Shown here: positions 26,565 to 34,648 of the stretch, piece by piece | How the letters are laid out: every line of letters starts with the position of its first letter | How positions within the stretch are numbered: the first letter of the stretch is position 1 | Origin: Gaiellaceae bacterium | GTDB lineage: Bacteria > Actinomycetota > Thermoleophilia > Gaiellales > Gaiellaceae | Direction of reading: 5' to 3' | Length of the DNA stretch: 46,967 bases | Assembly: GCA_041487575.1 (NCBI GenBank) | Contig: JBGPNP010000001.1 | Location: 1 to 46,967, forward strand | Position numbers and translations under genes: made by a program | The notes under the pieces: generated by a model | The model's input: only the letters and a program-made list of their open reading frames with translations | Told to the model about the DNA's origin: nothing | Databases searched by the model: none

Positions 26565-28012
26565 TGGAAGCCGCCGTAGGTCGCGGCGGCAAAGACAGGC
26601 CGGAAGGTCGCCTCCTCATGCTCGAAGAAGTTCGGCGCGAGGACGACCCCGTTCGCCGCGATCTTTTCGAGGAAGTGTGGCTTGAGGCCGGAGCAGCCGA
26701 GCGGAGAGAGAAGGCGCATCCCGTGCGTCGCGGCGGCCGTCTCCTCGTCGGGCGGCTTCGCCACGAAGATGTCCTGGAGCGTGATCACGTCGGACTCCAT
26801 GCGGAGCACCTCAGTGACGTGGCTGATCCGGCGGGAACCGTCGACGAGGCGCGTGATCTGGATGAGCAGGTCGAACGCGCTCGCTACCTGCTCGCGGATG
26901 GCGCGGAGCGGCAGGTCGACTCCCGCGGTGAGGACGAGCGTCTCCATGCGGGCGAGCGCGTCGCGCGGCGAGTTCGCATGGATCGTCGTCAGCGAGCCCT
27001 CGTGGCCCGTGTTCATGGCCTGGAGCATGTCCAGCGTCTCCGCGCCGCGGACCTCGCCGACGATGATCCGGTCGGGCCGCATGCGCAGGGCGTTCCGGAC
27101 GAGCTCGCGGATCTTGACTTCGCCCTGGCCCTCGATGTTGGCCGGGCGCGACTCGAGCGTGATCACGTGCTCCTGCTGGAGCTGGAGCTCGGCCGCGTCC
27201 TCGATCGTGACGATGCGCTCGTCGCCGGGGATGTACGCAGAGAGGGCGTTTAGGAGCGTCGTCTTGCCCGTGCCCGTGCCGCCCGCGATGAGCACGTTGA
27301 GCTTCCCGCGCACGCAGGCCGAGAGGAAGTGCGCGGACTTGGCGGTGAGCGACCCGAAGGTGATCAGGTCGTCCATCGTGTACGGGTCGCGCGCGAACTT
27401 CCGGATCGTCAGCGCCGGGCCCCTGAGCGCGAGCGGCGGGATGATCGCGTTGACGCGGCTCCCGTCCGGGAGGCGCGCGTCCACCATCGGCGAGGCTTCG
27501 TCCACGCGCCTGCCGACCTGGGAGACGATCTTGTCGATGATGCGCAGGAGGTGAGCGTTGTCGACGAACGCCGACGACGTCTTCTCGATCTTCCCGGACC
27601 GCTCGATGTAGATCCGGTCGAAGGCGTTGACCATGATCTCTGTGACGGAGTCGTCGCGGAGAAGCGGCTCCAGCGGCCCGTAGCCCAGGATGTCGTCGGT
27701 GATCTCGCGGACGATCTGGCGCCGCTCGTCGCGGGTGAGGGGCGTCCGGTCGAGGGCTAGCTGCTCGGTGACCGCGCGGAGGACACGCTCGGCAAGATCC
27801 TCGGTCGTCTCGGCCGAGAAGAGCTGCGGGCCGATCTTCGCGATGACGGCGTGATGGATGCGCGTCTTGAGCTCGGCGTAAGGGTCGGAGGCGCGCGGCG
27901 CGCGCGCCTCCCGGGTCTGCGGCGCCGAGACCAGCGGCGGCGCCGTCGCCTCGGCCAGCCTGGTGACCGAGCCGCTTCCGTTGGTGGTCTTGAGGCGGTC
28001 GGAGAGACCCAT
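26561..28012 (-). CDS. tadA: Flp pilus assembly ATPase TadA/CpaF
   Basis: Walker A GGTGTGKTT, a VirB11/GspE-type secretion ATPase core, and a CpaF-like N-terminus. Confidence 0.95.
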   Translation of the reverse strand: MGLSDRLKTTNGSGSVTRLAEATAPPLVSAPQTREARAPRASDPYAELKTRIHHAVIAKIGPQLFSAETTEDLAERVLRAVTEQLALDRTPLTRDERRQIVREITDDILGYGPLEPLLRDDSVTEIMVNAFDRIYIERSGKIEKTSSAFVDNAHLLRIIDKIVSQVGRRVDEASPMVDARLPDGSRVNAIIPPLALRGPALTIRKFARDPYTMDDLITFGSLTAKSAHFLSACVRGKLNVLIAGGTGTGKTTLLNALSAYIPGDERIVTIEDAAELQLQQEHVITLESRPANIEGQGEVKIRELVRNALRMRPDRIIVGEVRGAETLDMLQAMNTGHEGSLTTIHANSPRDALARMETLVLTAGVDLPLRAIREQVASAFDLLIQITRLVDGSRRISHVTEVLRMESDVITLQDIFVAKPPDEETAAATHGMRLLSPLGCSGLKPHFLEKIAANGVVLAPNFFEHEEATFRPVFAAATYGGFQ

Positions 28013-28014
28013 GC

Positions 28015-29220
28015 CTAGCTCCGCCCGATCAGGCGCTTGCGCTTCGCCGGTGCGGCGCCGGCGACGGTTTCGACCGGGGCGAGGGCCTTCGCCATCTCCG
28101 CGACCGCGCAGGCGTATTCCGACTTCGGCTCGGCGACGACCGCCGGCGCGCCCCGGTTGACCGAGAGCGGCACGGCTCGATCGCTCGGCACCGCGAAGCG
28201 AATCTTCACGTCGAGCGCGCCCTCGACCTCACTCGGCTTCATCCCCACCTTCGAGTTGGCCCGGTTCAAGACGATCCGGATCCGGTCCATCGGGAAGGAA
28301 AGGAGCTCGAGCGTCTGGAGCGAGAGCCGGACGTTCTTGAGCGTCGGGATGTCGAGCCCGCAGATGACGAGGAGTTCGTCGGTGCGGTCGAGCGTCGCGA
28401 GCATCGGCCCGTGGAAGAAGGGCGACGTGTCCACGACGATCACGTCGAAGGACTCGCGCGCCACCTCGAGGAGCCTCGCCAGCTTCGTCTCCGTGACAAG
28501 CTCCGCGTCCTCGGGCCGGAGCGGCGCCGGGAGGATCTCGAGCCCGGACGAGTGCCGGGTCGTGTAGCCGGCGAGCTTCTCCGAGTCGAGCTCGCCCGGG
28601 GCGACGACGAGGTCGTAGATCGTCTTGTCGGGCTCGATCCCGAGCATGATCGCGGCGTCGCCGAACTGGAGGTCGAGGTCGAGGAGCAGCGTGCGCTTCC
28701 CCTCGTTCTTCGCGAGCGCGGCGGCGAGGTTCGTCGCCAGCACGGTCTTGCCCGTGCCGCCCTTGGGCGAGAAGACCGTGACGATCCGCCCGCGGCGGCT
28801 GTGCCCGGTCTGCGCTTTGCGGCCGGAGTGGCCCGCCTTCCGAACGGCGAAGACGACGTTTTCCGCCAGCTGCGGCAACAGGAGGACGTCGGCGACGTCC
28901 GCCGCGAGCGCCTCCTCGAGGAGGGCCGTGGCCTCGCCCGAGGCGAGGAGGATGATCGGCGCTTGCGTGTGTGCGCGGATGGCCGCGAGCTCGTTCGCAG
29001 GGAGCGACGAGCCCCGCGTGCCGTGGAGGACGACGCCGAGGTGCCCGCCGGTGAGGACGGCGGCGGCTTCGCGCACCTGCTCGGCGGCGCCCACGAGGTC
29101 GACCTCGACGTGCCGCTCGAGCGCGTCGCAGAGGTCGGCGAGCCCTTCGCACGCGCCCGTGACGAAGACACGCACCTGCTCGCGGGTCGTGACGGGGGAC
29201 AGTGTTTCGAGGCTAGCCAT
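28015..29220 (-). CDS. tadZ: TadZ/CpaE: receiver-like domain plus ParA/MinD-type ATPase
   Basis: Internal ATG (MASLETL) of track ORF 28015..29655. Deviant Walker A SPKGGTGKT. 8-nt overlap with cpaB. Confidence 0.9.
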   Translation of the reverse strand: MASLETLSPVTTREQVRVFVTGACEGLADLCDALERHVEVDLVGAAEQVREAAAVLTGGHLGVVLHGTRGSSLPANELAAIRAHTQAPIILLASGEATALLEEALAADVADVLLLPQLAENVVFAVRKAGHSGRKAQTGHSRRGRIVTVFSPKGGTGKTVLATNLAAALAKNEGKRTLLLDLDLQFGDAAIMLGIEPDKTIYDLVVAPGELDSEKLAGYTTRHSSGLEILPAPLRPEDAELVTETKLARLLEVARESFDVIVVDTSPFFHGPMLATLDRTDELLVICGLDIPTLKNVRLSLQTLELLSFPMDRIRIVLNRANSKVGMKPSEVEGALDVKIRFAVPSDRAVPLSVNRGAPAVVAEPKSEYACAVAEMAKALAPVETVAGAAPAKRKRLIGRS

Positions 29221-30019
29221 TGGTGTTCCCTCCGCTGTTCGTGAGAAGGCTCTTCGCGGCGGCGATGACCGCCTGGATCTGCTCCGGCTTGAGGCCGTCG
29301 AGGAGGAGCGTCTGGGCGTCCTCGATGGTCTGCGGGCTGTCTGCGGGATCCGAGGTGGGTCGGAGCTCGAGCGACCACTCGCCGTTCTGCATGAGCCAGA
29401 AGAGCTTCTGCGCCTGGCTGTCGGTGAGGGCGAGGACGACCGCGATGGACGTCCCGGTCGGTCCGCTCGTGATCTTCGCCACGTCGCCTGCGTTGCCCGC
29501 AGGCTTGAGCACGAGGATGTCGCGGAGGATCGTCCGCGAGTAGTGGCTCTGGGCACTCTCGGGAACGTTCCAGCTGCCGACCACGTCCACCTTGTCCCCG
29601 GCCAGGAGGATTCCGGCGAGGAGCTGCTGCTTGTCTCCCGGGACGGCGACTGCACGCTCGTTGCCGGAGATCTGGGCGCGGATGCCCTTCTCCTGCTGGG
29701 TCGCGAAGCGCCGCGTCGTCACCTGCTCGCCCGCGTATACCGGGTCAACCGCGATCAGCCTGGCGATCTGATCCGGGCTCGCGATCGCGCCCGGCGCGAC
29801 GTTGCGCGTCGCGATCTCCTCCGACTTCAACATCCCCTTGCCAACCACGTCGGCGCCGGCGGTCCCGGCCGGGATGTCACGCGCCGCAACCCACACCTTC
29901 ACGGTGCTCTCGCTGTGCTGGACGCTCTTGCGGTAGTTGGAGACGTAGAAGCTGACCAGCAGGGCCGCGATCAGCGCGAGGCCTACCGCGAGTCCGATGT
30001 TACGAATGCGATGAGTCAT
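29213..30019 (-). CDS. cpaB: Flp pilus assembly protein CpaB/RcpC (SAF domain)
   Basis: N-terminal membrane anchor IGLAVGLALIAALLVSFYV. SAF-like VWVAARDIPAGT and an RcpC-like C-terminal region. Confidence 0.88.
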   Translation of the reverse strand: MTHRIRNIGLAVGLALIAALLVSFYVSNYRKSVQHSESTVKVWVAARDIPAGTAGADVVGKGMLKSEEIATRNVAPGAIASPDQIARLIAVDPVYAGEQVTTRRFATQQEKGIRAQISGNERAVAVPGDKQQLLAGILLAGDKVDVVGSWNVPESAQSHYSRTILRDILVLKPAGNAGDVAKITSGPTGTSIAVVLALTDSQAQKLFWLMQNGEWSLELRPTSDPADSPQTIEDAQTLLLDGLKPEQIQAVIAAAKSLLTNSGGNTNG

Positions 30020-30048
30020 TTCACCAGTTCTTTCTCTCGGTTTTCTTC

Positions 30049-30957
30049 CTAGTCGACGAGCTCGACGACGTGAGCGCCGTAGTCCTTGTCTGATCCAGAG
30101 TCGCTTATAATCCCGTCCCAGGTGATACTTTCGAAATCTCCATAGAGATAGGCGTTCTGGCTTCCGTTGATGGTGTAGCCGGTAAGACGGAAGCCGACGA
30201 ATCCGACGACGTGATATTCGAGATTCGCTCCGTTGCCGATGACCTCTCGGTAAATGGGGAGAAGAATGACCTGGCCGATGCGCGTGTTCAGCGCGTTCTG
30301 AATCGTCGACGAGTTGAACCTCGCGCCGGGATCAGAGAAGTACCAGTCGATCGGCATGTAGCCCGAGTAGCCGTACTGGATCCAGCTCGCGATCGTCGGC
30401 GGGCTCGTGCCGCCCTGGGAGCCGTCGATGTTGATCACCCTGAAGGCGCCGGGGCCCACCCGCTGCAGCCCGAGATCGGTCGCCTGGTTGAAGCAGGGGC
30501 AGCCGCCGCCGGAGATCAGCGGGTGGCGCTCGTCCACGCCGAAGGGCGCCGCCCAGCGGGCGGCCCCGGCGACGCCGGCCCTGGCCTTGGCAGTCGCGTC
30601 GACGGTGATCGAGTTGATTCCGAAGATGCGGGCGAAGAAGCCTGGAGCAGGACGGCGCGCCGTGACCGCGATGGTGTCGTTCGTCCGCTCAGTCGTCGAG
30701 AACGAGATGTCCGCGCCAAGGACCCCGCCGCCGTTCTTGTCCGAATACGAAAGCGCAAGCGACTGCGCCTGCGACGTGTTGCCGGGAAGCGCCTGGGCGC
30801 CGGCGAGCGCTGCAGAGTCCGCAGCCTGCTGTACCGCGCGATCGGCCCGGTACCAGGAGCCGACGTCGAGGACGGCCGCCGCCATTCCGAGGATGACGGT
30901 CAGGAAGAGGACGACCAGGACCGTCGACTGGCCGCGGTCGTTGCGAAGCCGCGTCAT
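30049..30957 (-). CDS. tadG: TadG-like pseudopilin / pilus assembly protein (TadE/G-like N-terminus)
   Basis: Internal ATG of track ORF 30049..31071. N-terminus RNDRGQSTVLVVLFLTVILGMAAAVLDVG. ATGA overlap with the tadE-like stop. Confidence 0.8.
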   Translation of the reverse strand: MTRLRNDRGQSTVLVVLFLTVILGMAAAVLDVGSWYRADRAVQQAADSAALAGAQALPGNTSQAQSLALSYSDKNGGGVLGADISFSTTERTNDTIAVTARRPAPGFFARIFGINSITVDATAKARAGVAGAARWAAPFGVDERHPLISGGGCPCFNQATDLGLQRVGPGAFRVINIDGSQGGTSPPTIASWIQYGYSGYMPIDWYFSDPGARFNSSTIQNALNTRIGQVILLPIYREVIGNGANLEYHVVGFVGFRLTGYTINGSQNAYLYGDFESITWDGIISDSGSDKDYGAHVVELVD

Positions 30958-31355
30958 TCGACGCGCTCCGTCGTCGAGCTCGTCAGGTTGCCAGAAGAGA
31001 CGACCAGCCCGAGCAGGCTGATCGAATAGGGGTACGAGGCAGTCACGGTGACATCCGAGCCCTGCTGCCACGCCGAGGCGACGGTGACGGAGAGCTGCGA
31101 CTGGTCGATGTTCGCCGCGGAGGAGCGCACCGCGCTCACGGTCGTGCCGGTCGGATCGCTCGCGTGGCGTGAGACCGCGGCCTTACGCGCACCGGCGCGC
31201 ACTGCATCGGTGACCGTCACGTACTGGTTGAAGACGATCCCGAACTGGAGGATGCCGAAGAGCAGGAGCGCCAGGATAGGCAGGACGAGTGCGAACTCGG
31301 TCACGGCCTGCCCTTGCTGATTCCTCAGCGAAAGCTTGTTGGTTGCGGCTCCCAT
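30954..31355 (-). CDS. tadE: TadE-like pseudopilin
   Basis: QQGQAVTEFALVLPILALLLFGILQF TadE-type N-terminus. ATG at 31355 preceded by GAGGAA. An alternative upstream ATG lies at 31421. Confidence 0.85.
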   Translation of the reverse strand: MGAATNKLSLRNQQGQAVTEFALVLPILALLLFGILQFGIVFNQYVTVTDAVRAGARKAAVSRHASDPTGTTVSAVRSSAANIDQSQLSVTVASAWQQGSDVTVTASYPYSISLLGLVVSSGNLTSSTTERVE

Positions 31356-31434
31356 TTCCTCTGTCCTTCTGGTGGAGGGGGGCGGACCCTTCTTGCGACT
31401 TGAAGGGCCCGCCCACGCCATGTCTCTGTGCTTC

Positions 31435-31593
31435 CTAGAGCTTCCCGACGACGTTGGTGATCGCGCCGCTGATTCCGCCGGAAAGGGCGGTCAGGGCGAG
31501 CACGACACCGAGCGTGATGACGGCGAGAACGACGCCGTACTCCGCCATCGTCTGGCCTTCCTCGCGCTTGAAGAATGCAAAGAGCTTCGTCAC
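31435..31593 (-). CDS. flp: Flp family type IVb prepilin
   Basis: Hand translation gives (V)TKLFAFFKREEGQTMAEYGVVLAVITLGVVLALTALSGGISGAITNVVGKL. GTG start 8 nt after GGAGG. G/XXXXEY motif present. Confidence 0.9.
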   Translation of the reverse strand: MTKLFAFFKREEGQTMAEYGVVLAVITLGVVLALTALSGGISGAITNVVGKL

Positions 31594-31618
31594 CTTGTTC
31601 ACCTCCTTCTTATGGTTC

Positions 31619-31777
31619 CTAGAGACTCCCGACGACGGTGTTGATCGCGCCGCTGATGCCGCCGGAAAGAGCGGTCAGCGCGACCACGACGCCGAGCGTG
31701 ATGATGGCGAGAACGACGCCGTACTCCGCCATCGTCTGGCCCTCTTCGCGCCTGAAGAGCGTAAAGAGCTTCGTCAC
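31619..31777 (-). CDS. flp: Flp family type IVb prepilin (tandem paralog)
   Basis: C-terminal 52 codons of track ORF 31619..31933: (V)TKLFTLFRREEGQTMAEYGVVLAIITLGVVVALTALSGGISGAINTVVGSL. Same GGAGGTGAACAA-GTG start context as its paralog. Confidence 0.9.
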   Translation of the reverse strand: MTKLFTLFRREEGQTMAEYGVVLAIITLGVVVALTALSGGISGAINTVVGSL

Positions 31778-32012
31778 GTTGTTCACCTCCCCCCATGAAC
31801 TGGAGCACACCGGCCACGCGCCGACGACTGGAAAGCGCTCAGGCTTGAGGGGCGAGCAATATGCACTGCGATCGAGCCAGTTGATTCGGCGAGCGAGTAC
31901 GCGGGTCACGTCGAGTCGATACCTCCAGAACACTCGGCGTGACCGCTCCGCCGTGGTGGCTCAATTGGGCGGATGATGTGCGAGGAGACGTCGGTCGGGA
32001 ATCCCCCAGCGT

Positions 32013-32042
32013 GGTGATTTGAATCACATTTCTGGTGATTTG
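32013..32042 (-). promoter_or_regulatory. two 9-nt direct repeats GGTGATTTG spaced 21 nt apart; the first overlaps inverted repeat GTGATT-TG-AATCAC (candidate regulator site upstream of the tad operon)
   Basis: Read directly from the sequence. Relatively A/T-rich patch about 235 nt upstream of the first flp start. Confidence 0.35.
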
Positions 32043-32553
32043 CCCCGTGACGCAACCTCTTGGGGGACGCCTGCGCACGAGGAGCGGCGCAATAGTGCGA
32101 CCAGGCCGTCCGAAGCGGCGGCGGATCGTATGAAACCGCGCCGGATGGGCGGCAACGGCGCCCGACGTGGAGCGAGGCGCATGCAGAAGCGAAAGCTCTT
32201 CGAGCGGCGGCTGTTCGGCCGCCTCGTGCTCACCTAGCTCGGAGAGGTTCCCGGTCGGGCGCGGCCAGGCGCGGCCGCGTTCTCGGAGCGATCGGGGGCT
32301 CGGCCGGCCCGCGCCGCCCTCGACCCCTGGGAACGGAGGGGGCGGTGCGGGCTCCGGCCGGAAGGCAGGGGCGAAGCGCCCCCCTTGGCTAGGCCTTGCG
32401 AGCTTCGGCGAGACGCCTCTGCAGCTCGGCCTCAGGGAAGTTGCGAAGCTTCGCCCTTAGTACATGCGCAGTCATTTCCGGTAGCCGCCTTTCCGGTCGG
32501 AGGGATTCTCCGAGCGTGCGCGCTCACGGCGCCGAGCGGTATCCCCCGAAAAG

Positions 32554-32940
32554 TTAGACGGCGCCCTCGATCGCGTGAAGCGTCCAGGCCGGACCGAGGC
32601 GGACGAGGTGCCCGTCGGGGTCGGTGACGTCGTAGACGTCCTTTCCGAAGCGCGTGCGCACCTGCCGCCCCTGGATCCCTCGAGCGGACAGCTCCCGGAT
32701 CTCCCGGTCGAGGTCGTCGGCGGCGAGCTCGAGGCGCGTGCTCCCTCCTTCCTCGCGGCCCCGGTCGGGGTCCCAGGTGAGGACGAGGAACGCGCGCTGC
32801 TCCAGGACGAAGAAGGCGCTGTGCGCGTTCGCGCCCTCATCGTAGGCGGCCTGGGGTCCGTAGCCGAGCAGGCGCGAGTAGAAGTCGACCGCGCGGTCGA
32901 GATCGGTGACGTAGAGGTGGACGGCCGTGACGCGACCCAC
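32554..32940 (-). CDS. VOC/glyoxalase-bleomycin resistance family protein
   Basis: HLYVTDLDRAVDFYSRLLG N-terminus and DPDGHLVRL C-terminal motif. Confidence 0.8.
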   Translation of the reverse strand: MGRVTAVHLYVTDLDRAVDFYSRLLGYGPQAAYDEGANAHSAFFVLEQRAFLVLTWDPDRGREEGGSTRLELAADDLDREIRELSARGIQGRQVRTRFGKDVYDVTDPDGHLVRLGPAWTLHAIEGAV

Positions 32941-32996
32941 GAGCTCTTACCCTGCGGGCAAAAGCTCGACGAAAGGAAACACCGGCAACGGCTGTC

Positions 32997-33116
32997 CTAC
33001 TTTGCCTCTTTGGGCTTCCCCCGCGCAGCGGGGGAAGCCTTGCGCTTCGTGCGCGCCTTCTTCTTGCGCTGGCGGTCGTTCTGCCAGCGAACGATTGCCC
33101 TGTCTCCGCGACCCAT
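32997..33116 (-). CDS. candidate 39-aa highly basic small protein (MGRGDRAIVRWQNDRQRKKKARTKRKASPAARGKPKEAK)
   Basis: Hand-translated ATG..TAG ORF with no strong SD. It contains the perfect hairpin at 33013..33039, which argues against coding. Confidence 0.25.
   Translation of the reverse strand: MGRGDRAIVRWQNDRQRKKKARTKRKASPAARGKPKEAK
33013..33039. repeat. perfect 12-bp stem, 3-nt loop inverted repeat GGCTTCCCCCGC-GCA-GCGGGGGAAGCC
   Basis: Read directly from the sequence. Confidence 0.9.
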
Positions 33117-33238
33117 GAGGCCCCGCACTCTAGCGCGGCCAATCCGATCGCGCACGGGCCACGAATTTCCCATCGGCGGGGAGGACGATCTCCCGGATCC
33201 TCGCCGGCCGGGACTCGTCGCTCCCCCCTCCAGGTTCG

Positions 33239-33270
33239 GGGTAGGGGCGAGGCACGCCTCGCCCCTACCC
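33239..33270. repeat. perfect 14-bp stem, 4-nt loop inverted repeat GGGTAGGGGCGAGG-CACG-CCTCGCCCCTACCC
   Basis: Read directly from the sequence. Lies 26 nt upstream of the GTG start at 33296, with no U-tract on either side. Confidence 0.9.
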
Positions 33271-33295
33271 GCGCGCTCCCGTTAATCTCCCGCAC

Positions 33296-34534
33296 GTGCC
33301 GCTCGAGCCAAGCCGAACCGTCGCCGAGCTCCACGAGCTCCATCAGCTCACCGGAGACGCCGACGGCGCCCAGCGCGTCTGCTGGACCGAGGTGTGGGCC
33401 CGCGCGCGCGAGTGGATGCGCGGGAAGCTGGCCGCACTGCCGGTCGAGGTCGAGGTGGACGAGGCCGGGAACCAGTGGGCGACTCTCGCGGGCGACTCCG
33501 AGCGCGCCGTCCTGATCGGCGGGCACATCGACTCGGTCCCGAACGGTGGCTGGCTCGACGGCTGCCTCAACGTCCTCGCCGGCCTCGAGGTGCTGCGGCG
33601 AATCGCGACGGACGGGCGACTGCCCGTGACCGTGCGCCTCGTCGACTGGGCCGACGAGGAGGGGGCCAGATTCGGTCGAAGCCTCTTCGGCTCGAGCGCC
33701 TGCTCCGGGACGTTGAACCCCGACGAACTGCGCGGCCTCTCGGACCGCGACGGCATCCCGCTTCCTGACGCCCTCGCCGCGTGGGGCGTCGACCTCGACC
33801 GGGCGAGGGAGTGCGGCCGGCAGCTCGCCACGGCCGCGGCCTACCTCGAGCTGCACATCGAGCAGGGCCCGGTGCTCGAAAGCCTCGGCCTTCCGCTGGG
33901 CGTCGTGCTCGGGACGGTGGGCGTCGAGCGCTACCGGATCCGCTTCACCGGCCAGTCCGCGCACGCCGGCTCGACCCCGATGGACAAGCGCCGTGATGCA
34001 TTCGGCGCCGCCGCCAAGCTCGGACTCGAGATCCGCGAGATCGCGAAGCGACACGGCGGCGTCTGCACCGTCGGGAGCTGCATCACTCGGCCGGGGATCG
34101 TCACCGCCGTCGTCGGCGAGTGCGAGATCACCCTCGACCAGCGCCACCTCGACGCGAACACGCTGGCCCGTATGCTCGCTGAAGCGAAGGACGCCGGCCG
34201 GCAGATCGCCGGCGTCGAGAAGGTCGAGGTCGAGTGGGAGCGGATCTGGCAGATCCACCCGATCCCCTTCGACCTCGCGCTCGTCGAGCTCGCCGACGAG
34301 GCGATCCGCGAGGTCGCAGGCGCCTCGCACCGCCTCCCGAGCGGCCCGCTGCATGACGCCGCCGAGGTCTCCCGTGCCGGTGTCCCGACGGTGATGGTCT
34401 TCGTCCAGAGCCTGCGCGGTCTCTCGCACACGAGGCTCGAGGACACGAGGCCGGAGCATCTCGAGCTCTCGGTCCGCGCGCTCGACCGGCTCGCGTCGAA
34501 GACGATCGAGCGCGTCGCGGCCGGCGAAACCTAG
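33296..34534 (+). CDS. M20-family Zn-dependent amidohydrolase (allantoate amidohydrolase / N-carbamoyl-L-amino-acid hydrolase type)
   Basis: 412 aa. LIGGHIDSVPNGGWLDG and GQSAHAGSTPM motifs typical of the hydantoinase/carbamoylase amidase family. Confidence 0.85.
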   Translation: MPLEPSRTVAELHELHQLTGDADGAQRVCWTEVWARAREWMRGKLAALPVEVEVDEAGNQWATLAGDSERAVLIGGHIDSVPNGGWLDGCLNVLAGLEVLRRIATDGRLPVTVRLVDWADEEGARFGRSLFGSSACSGTLNPDELRGLSDRDGIPLPDALAAWGVDLDRARECGRQLATAAAYLELHIEQGPVLESLGLPLGVVLGTVGVERYRIRFTGQSAHAGSTPMDKRRDAFGAAAKLGLEIREIAKRHGGVCTVGSCITRPGIVTAVVGECEITLDQRHLDANTLARMLAEAKDAGRQIAGVEKVEVEWERIWQIHPIPFDLALVELADEAIREVAGASHRLPSGPLHDAAEVSRAGVPTVMVFVQSLRGLSHTRLEDTRPEHLELSVRALDRLASKTIERVAAGET

Positions 34535-34648
34535 CTGCGGGCGGGCCGGCGGGCTGGTAAGAGCTGTCACACCTCGGCGGAGAATCGACACGGTTCCGTG
34601 CGCCCCAGGCGCGGATTTCGGCGGTATTGTGAATCGTGGGGACCTTGG

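Noticed and set aside
28015-29655. 546-aa version of the TadZ ORF, and the similar N-terminal extensions of the TadG-like (to 31071) and flp (to 31933) ORFs
   Set aside because: The extensions are Ser/Arg/Pro-rich and overlap the real upstream genes (cpaB, the tadE-like gene, and the leader region). Internal starts with SD sequences or 4-8 nt coupling overlaps give canonical protein N-termini.
31336-31798. Plus-strand ORFs 31336..31644 and 31454..31798
   Set aside because: They are antisense to the two flp genes. Their apparent internal repeat (DRAADxAGKxGQxxHDxERDDGENDAVLRHRLA) merely mirrors the flp tandem duplication.
32389-32475. 28-codon minus-strand ORF MTAHVLRAKLRNFPEAELQRRLAEARKA downstream of the VOC gene
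   Set aside because: The SD is weak and GC3 is only about 68% by hand count, against the very high GC3 of real genes here. No recognisable family. Too little evidence to call it.
31934-32553. Search for a tRNA, integrase remnant, att-like repeat or regulator gene at the upstream boundary of the tad locus
   Set aside because: I could find no cloverleaf-compatible sequence (no GTTCRANYC T-loop with matching stems), no recombinase-like frame and no direct repeat matching the other boundary. The track ORFs 32019..32237, 32024..32233 and 32167..32460 are low-complexity.
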